DNA of 12,498 nt, taken from NCBI GenBank assembly GCA_048938025.1, contig JBHLMP010000071.1, positions 1 to 12,498 of the forward strand, written 5' to 3'. A model generated the notes under the pieces. The model ran no database searches. It was given only the letters and a program-made list of their open reading frames with translations, and was not told the DNA's origin. Position numbers and translations under genes: made by a program. Source of the stretch: Promethearchaeota archaeon (lineage in GTDB: Archaea > Asgardarchaeota > Lokiarchaeia > Sigyniarchaeales > SOKP01). Below, piece after piece: positions 1-7,389 of the stretch; the first letter of the stretch is position 1; each line of letters starts with the position of its first letter.

Positions 1-162
1 TATAAAGGGGAATCAATAGATAAAAACACATTCGAGAAATTAAAATCCGAATATTACACAGCAGTGGGGTGGAACGACGAAGGTATCCCCACTTCTGAAA
101 TATTACAAAAGCTGGATTTAAAAGACGTTGAATTGAAGCTTAAAAAAGAGGGTCTGCTATAA
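1..162 (+). CDS. Aldehyde:ferredoxin oxidoreductase family protein, C-terminal end (5' truncated by window)
   Basis: Frame 1 reads YKGESIDKNTFEKLKSEYYTAVGWNDEGIPTSEILQKLDLKDVELKLKKEGLL* with TAA at 160-162. YY-x3-GW-x3-G-x-PT-x-E-x-L-x2-L matches the characteristic AOR/FOR C-terminus. Not in the ORF track. Confidence 0.88.
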   Translation, partial: YKGESIDKNTFEKLKSEYYTAVGWNDEGIPTSEILQKLDLKDVELKLKKEGLL

Positions 163-198
163 TTTCAAAGGTAAATTAAGAGTCTGATTTCCATAAAT

Positions 199-312
199 AT
201 GAATAATGACAATCTTTTTAAACTGACACAAGAGTATGTTGAAAAAGCATGTAAAGTACCAGGTGAATTAACGGTCAATCAATTATTTTTCATTGTACTC
301 AAAATTTATTAG
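199..312 (+). pseudogene. Truncated paralog of the 5' end of the downstream GNAT gene
   Basis: 199-267 encodes MNNDNLFKLTQEYVEKACKVPGE, while 1321-1395 encodes VNNDLDNLFKLTPEYVEKACEVAGE. By hand alignment 60/69 nt are identical with one 6-nt indel. Similarity stops at 267 and the frame ends at TAG 310-312. Confidence 0.85.
301..311 (+). promoter_or_regulatory. Putative archaeal TATA box of the LRR gene
   Basis: AAAA-TTTATTA, with the first T (305) 30 nt upstream of ATG 335. The same spacing occurs at several other genes in the window. Confidence 0.5.
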
Positions 313-334
313 GATAAGTTAATTCTAGAATATT

Positions 335-1102
335 ATGAAATCCGTGGTGTGTCATGGTAAAAAATATGAAGTAGAACCTCATAAATTAGCACTGCATAAT
401 AAAAATATTGCGGAATTTTCCGAAATAGAAGGTCTTAACTCGCTTACTGAGTTGCAGGAATTAGATTTAGAAAATAATAAAATAAGAAAGATTGAAGGTT
501 TAGAATACCTTTCAAGTTTACAAATACTAAACCTTGGACATAATTGTTTAAACGAAATAGCAAACCTAGATGAATTAAAACAGTTAAGAGAATTAAGTCT
601 AGCTTTTAACCAAATTACTGAAATAAAAGGTCTTGAAAATCTAATTAATTTAGAAATATTAGATTTACGAAGTAATAATATCAATGAGATTAAAAAACTT
701 AGTACTTTGAAAAATTTAAGGGAACTCTACCTTTCCTTTAATGAAATTACTGAAATAAAAGGTCTTGAAGATTTGCAATCTCTCAGAATTTTAGATCTCA
801 GAACAAATAAGTTTCATGATATCAAAGGACTTGGAAATCTACTAAATTTAAAGCAAATATTTCTTGGAATTAAGGGATATGCTGATAGTTATAAACTCAA
901 TGGAAAAAAAATAGAAACTTCCTTAGTGAGATATTTACGAAGGGGATATAGACCAGTAGTCCCTTGGGGCATTCCTTCAAGAATTAGATTCGATTTTATG
1001 AAATTATATAAATTTCAGACTCAATTAAAGGCTAGAAAAGTTGTAGAATTTTGCCGTCATCCAGAGAATTATTATACAGAACCTCACCCTATTTCACGGT
1101 GA
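335..1102 (+). CDS. Leucine-rich repeat protein (SDS22-like 22-aa repeats)
   Basis: Six full 22-aa repeats of the LxxLxLxxNxIxxIxGLxxLx type (ELQELDLENNKIRKIEGLEYLS etc.) plus partial ones, then a basic non-repeat C-terminal tail. Confidence 0.93.
   Translation: MKSVVCHGKKYEVEPHKLALHNKNIAEFSEIEGLNSLTELQELDLENNKIRKIEGLEYLSSLQILNLGHNCLNEIANLDELKQLRELSLAFNQITEIKGLENLINLEILDLRSNNINEIKKLSTLKNLRELYLSFNEITEIKGLEDLQSLRILDLRTNKFHDIKGLGNLLNLKQIFLGIKGYADSYKLNGKKIETSLVRYLRRGYRPVVPWGIPSRIRFDFMKLYKFQTQLKARKVVEFCRHPENYYTEPHPISR
612..769 (+). repeat. Exact 26-nt direct repeat within the LRR gene, 132 nt apart
   Basis: AAATTACTGAAATAAAAGGTCTTGAA at 612-637 and 744-769. The offset is 44 codons, i.e. two LRR units. 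Confidence 0.9.
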
Positions 1103-1314
1103 TAAAGTAAATTTTGTATATTAGATCGTCTTCTTTCATACTGAACTATTGAGCAGAACCTATTTAAAAAAAACAAAATTAAAGATAGGATGGAAATATA
1201 CATTGCCTGATTTCGATGAAATTTCCGTTGAAAAGACAAAAAAATCTTAAATTGGAGATATAGTAAATATTGGTCTACAAATTTTATATAATAGAATTTC
1301 TTTTAAATTCTAAT

Positions 1315-1947
1315 ATGAATGTGAATAATGACTTAGACAATCTTTTCAAATTAACACCAGAGTATGTTGAAAAGGCATGTGAAGTAGCCGGTGAAGCTTT
1401 TCAAGATGATCCCATTATGGTTTTTGTTTATCCTAATGAGAAAGAAAGAAAACAAAAGGCAAAATATGGATTTTATATGCTTTATAACTATGGAATAAAA
1501 TATGGACTAGCTTATGCTACATCTATGAACTTAGAAGGAATTACAATATGGCTTTCCCCCAATAAGATGTATCCATCTACTTGGGCTATGATGAGACATG
1601 GTGGTTTTTATACAATGCGTAAAGTAGGTTTAAAACTAAAAGCAATGAAAAGAACTATGACAGTTTTTAAGTATGAGGAAGAGAGACATAAAGAACTTGC
1701 ACCCTATGACCATTGGTATTTTCAAAATATTGCCGTTAAACCAGAAGAACAAGGAAAAGGATATGGGGGATTACTGATAAGCACTATGTTAAAAACAATT
1801 GAGAGCGATGGGTTACCAATTTATGTGGAAACTAACACTGAAAAAAGTGTGTCCATTTACCAGAAATATGGATTTGAAATTCTTGAACATGGAATAATCC
1901 CTGAAACCGATATACCTCTTTGGTGCATGTTAAGAAAACCAAAGTAA
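1315..1947 (+). CDS. GNAT family N-acetyltransferase
   Basis: Motif A HWYFQNIAVKPEEQGKGYG and motif B PIYVETNTEKSVSIYQKYGFE. ATG 1315 is preferred over TTG 1270 because of TTTATA at 1283 and the position of the paralog start. GTG 1321 is also possible. Confidence 0.92.
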   Translation: MNVNNDLDNLFKLTPEYVEKACEVAGEAFQDDPIMVFVYPNEKERKQKAKYGFYMLYNYGIKYGLAYATSMNLEGITIWLSPNKMYPSTWAMMRHGGFYTMRKVGLKLKAMKRTMTVFKYEEERHKELAPYDHWYFQNIAVKPEEQGKGYGGLLISTMLKTIESDGLPIYVETNTEKSVSIYQKYGFEILEHGIIPETDIPLWCMLRKPK

Positions 1948-2033
1948 TTTTGATAAATATGTTTATGCTTAAATTCTATACCAATTTCCTTTGAATTTGG
2001 AATGGAGTTTGATTTCTTTGAAAATTTTAGGAT

Positions 2034-3347
2034 TTATATCCATTCAACGAGAGATGAACATCCGAGTCCTTCTTTGTCTTCAATTCTACCTTGAACCATA
2101 AAAGTATCACCTTCATAATCGCAATCATGACACTTATTTTTTGATACTAATTCTACTAAATCATCGACTAAAACAGCATGATTTACAGAGGTAGCTACTC
2201 CAAACGGGGTAAGAACTTCCAAAAAACCTTTATCACCCACATTTTTTAGAGGATCTAAAGTATTTATATCTCTAATTATAATTCTAGCTTGAGGTGGACA
2301 GTGAAATATAAAATTCTGATACTTATCTGACCAATGACTCCCAAAAACTATTGGTGTTTCTGTAAAGCCATACATATCGGTAATATTTTCAATTTTAGTT
2401 CCAAAATATTCGATGCAATCTGAAACAAATTGTGTTTTTTCTATGGGAGGATACTTTAGTTGAGATTTATGTCCACTCCATCCGCCACCACCTGTAGTTA
2501 TATAACTATTGGGAAGATCAAATTTTATTTTTGCTTCCTTCAAGTACTTATTCATGAACGTGTTTAATAATTGGAGACTTCCCCCAATTGAAATATTTTT
2601 TTGTTTATCAGTGGGTTTACTTGAATTCTTGTTGATTGTCTTTATTACATGTTTAGCGTTAATTCCAAAAGCACCCACTAAACTATGTCTTTTGATTATT
2701 TCTTTAAATGCTTTGAAGATAAAGAATTTAATCAAATACTTTGGTTTAGTTATTTTAGTAGTAATTTCATTTAAAGTGCTAGTATATAATATTACTGGTC
2801 TCAAATCAGTGTATCTCATTGCAATCCGATTTAAAAACTTAACATTGGGAGCAAAATTCATCGAAATAGTACCGTATTGATTGTGCTCCTCCATCGGTAT
2901 TGGGATAAACTCATAAATACATTTTATGGTCATGCTGGCTAAAAACTCTAAATCATCTAAAGATCTCCCTACTAAAGATGGATCTCCAGTCGTACAAGAA
3001 GAAACGTTCCACGTCTTGAACTCAGGGGATTCTAAGGGTATTTTCAATAATTTTTTAAACATCCCGGCTGATTGCTTGAAAGAAGCTGCAGTTATAAACG
3101 GAATAAGTGCTAAATCATCCCTTTGATTCACATCATCCATATTAAATCTTTTATTGATTGCAAATTCTTTATAAAATGAATTTGCTTCAATGGATTCCAT
3201 CGTGATGCCTTTCATTAGACTTATAAATTCTTTATCTTCATAAGCCGAATTTACAATAGTCCGTATTTTCTCGTTCTGTACAACTTCATGTGAAATTGTT
3301 ATTATAATACACCATTTTAATATGAGAATTTTTATGATTATAATCAA
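2034..3347 (-). CDS. LuxE-family acyl-protein synthetase (fatty acid-activating, ANL-like); true start uncertain
   Basis: Motifs SSCTTGDPS (family SSGTTG..S), TGGGGW, DMYGFTE, GFLEVLTP, VLVDDL and C-terminal F-x-V-x-GR-x4-E-x2-GCS with the LuxE-type terminal Cys. Confidence 0.82.
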   Translation of the reverse strand: MIIIIKILILKWCIIITISHEVVQNEKIRTIVNSAYEDKEFISLMKGITMESIEANSFYKEFAINKRFNMDDVNQRDDLALIPFITAASFKQSAGMFKKLLKIPLESPEFKTWNVSSCTTGDPSLVGRSLDDLEFLASMTIKCIYEFIPIPMEEHNQYGTISMNFAPNVKFLNRIAMRYTDLRPVILYTSTLNEITTKITKPKYLIKFFIFKAFKEIIKRHSLVGAFGINAKHVIKTINKNSSKPTDKQKNISIGGSLQLLNTFMNKYLKEAKIKFDLPNSYITTGGGGWSGHKSQLKYPPIEKTQFVSDCIEYFGTKIENITDMYGFTETPIVFGSHWSDKYQNFIFHCPPQARIIIRDINTLDPLKNVGDKGFLEVLTPFGVATSVNHAVLVDDLVELVSKNKCHDCDYEGDTFMVQGRIEDKEGLGCSSLVEWI

Positions 3348-3464
3348 AGAAAATAATCGGAAAATTCTTTTTTATATTATTTCATTGCACCAATTTATAA
3401 TATCAATTTATTTAATCTTGCTATCTTATATGATGATAAAATCCTGATCTTCTATTGATTCTTC

Positions 3465-3950
3465 TTACCTCTGTTCCTTATTAACTTTTTCACCAAACTT
3501 GATGGCATTTTTTACCCCAATCCAAAATACTTTCCTAAATTTAGCTTGATCAATTACTTTGGCACCTAATTCCTCAACTTTTTTTTTCATATAATCAAGT
3601 GATTTACTACCTGTGAAACGAGCTGTATTGAATACAATTACTCTTTTTCCACTGAAGTTTTTCATTCTAACCAAAATCTCATCAAAAACTTTTGGCGGAA
3701 AATTACCATATGTCGGCATACCAATCAAAATTAAATCATAGGGTAGAGCATCAAGATTATTAAGTTCAGTATCGATCGTAGAAAAATCTTTATTTTGATA
3801 TTTATCTAGCATTTTTATCTTTTCAATAAATTTCCCAGTTAATTCTATTGGAAAGTAACTCACTTCATAATTGGTTAGAGCACTTGTAATAGCTTCTGCT
3901 GTTTTTTTCGTTCTTCCTCCCATTGTGAAATAGATAATTAGTGCTTTCAT
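3465..3950 (-). CDS. Flavodoxin-like protein
   Basis: MKALIIYFTMGGRTKKTAEAI (FMN phosphate loop), YDLILIGMPTY and GKRVIVFNTA. ATG 3950 is preferred over TTG 3959. Confidence 0.88.
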   Translation of the reverse strand: MKALIIYFTMGGRTKKTAEAITSALTNYEVSYFPIELTGKFIEKIKMLDKYQNKDFSTIDTELNNLDALPYDLILIGMPTYGNFPPKVFDEILVRMKNFSGKRVIVFNTARFTGSKSLDYMKKKVEELGAKVIDQAKFRKVFWIGVKNAIKFGEKVNKEQR

Positions 3951-3975
3951 AGTTCTCAAATAATTGTACTTAATT

Positions 3976-4009
3976 AAAAAAGTTGATTAGGAAAAACAGT
4001 TGATTAGAA
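3976..4009. repeat. Tandem direct repeat (17-nt period) in divergent intergenic region
   Basis: AGTTGATTAG at 3981-3990 and 3998-4007, each flanked by A-rich runs. Confidence 0.7.
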
Positions 4010-4126
4010 AAAAGCTAATAATAATGGAAAAAAAAGAATACTTTGATAATGAATCAACATAAAAATATCAAATTTATATAAAAAGAAACTTAATACAATC
4101 ATATTATTTATGTGGTGATATATAAA

Positions 4127-4474
4127 ATGGGAGATATAGAAAAAACAAAAAATATAATTGGCATTATTTGGGTAGTTATTTTAATATTTTTATGGATTAC
4201 CTACCCTTTTTATCCTGGGGATATATTTTTTTGGATGTGGTTAGCAATCATTTGGAGCATAATTGGCGGTGTCATGGGTACGATATTTTTCATGAGCAAG
4301 AGTGAAAAAAACGAGAAAATAATTGGAACTATTTGGACAGTTATTTTGGTAATTCTTTGGATTTTTTATCCTTTCTTCCCTGGTAAGATCTTTATCTGGA
4401 TGTGGATTGCAATAATCTGGAGCATAATTGGCGGTATCTTGGCCATTGGTCTTTTAATTTTTAAAAGAAAATAA
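4127..4474 (+). CDS. Small Trp-rich membrane protein, 4 predicted TM helices, two 55-aa internal repeats
   Basis: GGTGA SD-like motif at 4114-4118 precedes ATG 4127. Residues 5-48 and 60-103 are identical at 32/44 positions, sharing YPFxPG and WMWxAIIWSIIGG. Confidence 0.85.
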   Translation: MGDIEKTKNIIGIIWVVILIFLWITYPFYPGDIFFWMWLAIIWSIIGGVMGTIFFMSKSEKNEKIIGTIWTVILVILWIFYPFFPGKIFIWMWIAIIWSIIGGILAIGLLIFKRK

Positions 4475-4503
4475 GTAAAAACGTAATAAGTAAAAACGTA
4501 ATA
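4470..4503 (+). repeat. Perfect 15-nt tandem duplication overlapping the stop codon
   Basis: AATAAGTAAAAACGT at 4470-4484 and 4485-4499, then a partial AATA. Confidence 0.9.
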
Positions 4504-4551
4504 TAATAAATCCTTTTTCATTCTATTTTATGATTTTGTTTTAAAGTCTTA

Positions 4552-4590
4552 TTTTGTCCACAATGTGGGACATCAGTAAAAAAAAAGTAA
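4552..4590 (+). pseudogene. Possible relic of a zinc-ribbon gene 3' end
   Basis: Reads FCPQCGTSVKKK*. There is an in-frame TGA at 4531-4533 and no start codon. It is a relatively GC-rich island in very AT-rich DNA. Confidence 0.5.
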
Positions 4591-4760
4591 ATTTTTTTTA
4601 ATTTTTTCTTTATTAATTCTCCAAATAATCCAATAGAGTACTATTTATTAAGAATTAATAATTTCTTTTATCGCAAAAAAATAAATTAGTGAAATGTTTT
4701 TAAATACTTAAAGAGAAATTTTTAGCAGAGAATTAAAATAAACAAGTTAAGTAATCCCTT

Positions 4761-6032
4761 ATGAGCGAAGAGGAAAAGTTAAAAACGACGATTCAAGAGA
4801 TAAAAGATATTTATCTACTCTTAACAGAACAAGAACCAACTCCGGATGATGAAATTGAAGCCCGGGACAAATTAATTGAGAAGATAAAATCTTTAAGAAC
4901 TATAAATACATTTGATATAGGAGCTAACATGCGTCTTTTTGAGGAGGCTCTCATAAAATTAGAAGAATGGGATACATTGGAATTTTGGTTCCTCGAATCT
5001 GAATTACCTGAATATATACAAAAAATTATTAATATAACTGATAACACAGTTAAATTTGAGAAAAAAGAAATCAAAGAAACTTCAACTACTAAATCCGAAG
5101 TTAATTCTGTTTCTTCTCAGATAGATATTACAGAAATAGTGGATAAGGTTTCTGAACAATTTAAAGGAGAAATTGAAGGTCTTAAAGAAAAAATTGAAAC
5201 ATTAAAACAAGAATTAGAAAAAAAGGATGAAAGGGTTAAGCAAGTTTCTCAGGGACGAGTAGTAAAAAAAATAACACCAAAAAAAGAATCAAAACTGCCC
5301 CCTCCTACTATAAAAATTCCAGCTATAAAGACTCCAAAAGATGTACCTCCAGTTAGAGTTAAAAGTAAACCCACTGAGCAAAAGATTAGAAATAAAATAG
5401 ATATCACAGTTAGAGAAGTTGAAGAGACTAAAAGGAAGGAAGAAAAGGCGAAACCGAAGATAACTACATCAGTAACTGAAATGCCCTCTATGGAGTCTAG
5501 CGAAATTGAGATTAATAAAGCAGAATTCGCCATTAATTCAAAACCAACAATTACTACTGTTAGTGTAGAAGAAGTAGAAGCAGAAACCGTAAAATCTAGT
5601 GGTGAAGATCTGTTTAATGTATTCTCCTCTGTCGGAGAAAAGACTAATAATTCAGAGCAAGTTATTGGTCGTGTTGGTGGAATGCTAGTCAAAGAAAAGA
5701 AAAAAAAGGACGAGAAGAAGAAAAAGAAAGAAGGGTTACAGGAGAAAACAAGTACTATGCCTTTTGTAGAATTTGGCGATACTAAAGTTGAAGATCGTAT
5801 TTCAACTACTGATGAATTACCTGCTGATAAAGATGCTTTATATCAAGAATTAATTGCTCTGGAAGGAAGGAGATATTCATTAGAAAAAAGCTTTAAAGAT
5901 TTAGAAAAACGATATCATAAAGGTAATATTGACGATTTTGAATATAAAAATCAAAGTGATGACCTTAAATTCAAGCTAAATGAAATTACTTCGCGAATTA
6001 ATAAGATTAGAAGAGTAATTGCAGGTCTATAA
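4761..6032 (+). CDS. Hypothetical protein: N-terminal helical domain, coiled coil, Pro/Lys-rich disordered region, C-terminal helical hairpin
   Basis: 423-aa ORF with heptad segment IEGLKEKIETLKQELEKKD, LPPPTIKIP, a poly-K tract and a C-terminal coiled coil containing GNIDDFEY. Confidence 0.85.
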   Translation: MSEEEKLKTTIQEIKDIYLLLTEQEPTPDDEIEARDKLIEKIKSLRTINTFDIGANMRLFEEALIKLEEWDTLEFWFLESELPEYIQKIINITDNTVKFEKKEIKETSTTKSEVNSVSSQIDITEIVDKVSEQFKGEIEGLKEKIETLKQELEKKDERVKQVSQGRVVKKITPKKESKLPPPTIKIPAIKTPKDVPPVRVKSKPTEQKIRNKIDITVREVEETKRKEEKAKPKITTSVTEMPSMESSEIEINKAEFAINSKPTITTVSVEEVEAETVKSSGEDLFNVFSSVGEKTNNSEQVIGRVGGMLVKEKKKKDEKKKKKEGLQEKTSTMPFVEFGDTKVEDRISTTDELPADKDALYQELIALEGRRYSLEKSFKDLEKRYHKGNIDDFEYKNQSDDLKFKLNEITSRINKIRRVIAGL

Positions 6033-6046
6033 CTATTTTTAAAATT

Positions 6047-6811
6047 CTAATTTTTGCTTATTTTAAAAGTTGGAGGCATATTCATTTTATGTTGTGCTGA
6101 TTTTATCATGTTTTTAACTTTAGTGATATCCTTTTCATTAAGATCATCTAGATCTAAGTTATAGTCTAACCTATAGAGGATTTCATCTATTGTATCATAA
6201 CTTAAACCAATTTCACCCTCATCAGTTTGACCTTTCCATAAACCTGCTGAAGGTGGTTTTTTAATAATATTTTCAGGGATTCCTAGAAGCATTCCAATTT
6301 CTCTTACTTCACATTTATAAAGTCCTCCAATAGGTTCAAAATCTACCCCTCCATCACCATATTTAGTAAAGTAACCAATTGCTAATTCTGTCCTATTCCC
6401 GGTTCCACTTACTAGATATCTGCCCATGGATTGACCTACAAAATATATTGTCATCATTCTTAATCGAGGCTTTAAATTTGCTATTGCTATTTTATTGGAT
6501 TTAATAAGAGGAGAAGCACGTTCCATGAATTCATTATAAACACTCGTTAAATCTATTATAAGAAGTTGGATTCCTAAAATTTTTGCAATCATTTTAGCAT
6601 CTTCTATATCTTGTAGTATTGAGGAGCAAGGTAAACCTAATCCTATAACTTTATCCTTACCTATTGATTTTACACATAATGCAGCAGTTACAGCACTATC
6701 AATACCTCCACTAATCCCAATTACAATTCCATCGGCGTTAGCTGAATTCACATAATCTTTAATCCAAGATTGAACGTTAGAACTTATTTTTTTATAATCC
6801 AATTTACGCAT
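6047..6811 (-). CDS. nadE: NH3-dependent NAD+ synthetase
   Basis: GISGGIDSAV PP-loop, ANLKPRLRM, GTGNRTE, GYFTKYGDGG and KPPSAGLWKGQTDE; no glutaminase domain. ATG 6811 is supported by TTTAAA starting 30 nt upstream (6841). TTG 6823 is the alternative. Confidence 0.97.
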   Translation of the reverse strand: MRKLDYKKISSNVQSWIKDYVNSANADGIVIGISGGIDSAVTAALCVKSIGKDKVIGLGLPCSSILQDIEDAKMIAKILGIQLLIIDLTSVYNEFMERASPLIKSNKIAIANLKPRLRMMTIYFVGQSMGRYLVSGTGNRTELAIGYFTKYGDGGVDFEPIGGLYKCEVREIGMLLGIPENIIKKPPSAGLWKGQTDEGEIGLSYDTIDEILYRLDYNLDLDDLNEKDITKVKNMIKSAQHKMNMPPTFKISKN

Positions 6812-6962
6812 ATTATATTTCAATTCTTCTTTTTATTTAAAATTCTTTTTAAACTTTAGAAAAGATAAGATTAAAATAAGAACTTTAAAATTACATAATT
6901 ATAAAAATATCCGAAATTATAGTAGGAAAAAATTTATTAAAAATCTACAAAATAGGATTAGT

Positions 6963-7376
6963 ATGAGTAAGGATGATTTTACAAATTTAGTTGACTCGTC
7001 TTTCGATAAAGGTACTCCTTTATGGATTTATACAAAGGATTATATTTATGGAATGATTCCAGCAGATAATGACCGTTGGGTTGAAATTTCATATACTTTT
7101 GAAGATCCAGAAGAACCATTGTTCACAACAGAGAGAAATGCTGACTTATCTTTCCAATTTTTATATGAAGAGTTATCAAAGGGAGTATCCTTCTATGTAG
7201 AAGATTTTAATGTTCAAAAGTTCAAGGATTTTGCTAAAGAACTCGAGGGTAAACCTGGATCTGAAAAAATTAATGCTGTAATAACCGAATTAATTAATAA
7301 TTCCACAAATTATTCAAGCAGTCTTCCAATTATAAAGAATAAAAACGAATTAAATTCGTTAAAAAATAAAGTATAA
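6963..7376 (+). CDS. Hypothetical protein (acidic, 137 aa)
   Basis: Clean ATG ORF with globular composition. AAAAAA-TTTATTA, first T at 6933, lies 30 nt upstream. Confidence 0.82.
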   Translation: MSKDDFTNLVDSSFDKGTPLWIYTKDYIYGMIPADNDRWVEISYTFEDPEEPLFTTERNADLSFQFLYEELSKGVSFYVEDFNVQKFKDFAKELEGKPGSEKINAVITELINNSTNYSSSLPIIKNKNELNSLKNKV

Positions 7377-7389
7377 GAGTTCTACTTCT

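Noticed and set aside
379-684. 101-aa minus-strand ORF
   Set aside because: Antisense shadow of the LRR gene; its periodicity mirrors the repeats.
1100-1105. Selenocysteine readthrough at the LRR TGA
   Set aside because: The TGA is immediately followed by an in-frame TAA.
199-1395. Diversity-generating retroelement template/variable repeat pair
   Set aside because: Mismatches are not confined to adenines, the repeat is at a 5' gene end, and no reverse transcriptase is present.
2509-3126. Plus-strand ORFs 2509-2880 and 2926-3126
   Set aside because: Antisense to the motif-bearing LuxE-family gene, with no independent features.
2034-3950. Bioluminescence (lux) operon
   Set aside because: No luciferase, LuxC or LuxD in the window, and LuxE homologs are common in non-luminous organisms.
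3976-4503. Short repeats as CRISPR array or IS ends
   Set aside because: Only two copies each, no spacers, the two repeat sets are unrelated, and no cas or transposase gene is present.
4811-5692. Minus-strand ORFs 4811-5074 and 5249-5692
   Set aside because: S/F/L-rich shadows of the E/K-rich plus-strand gene.
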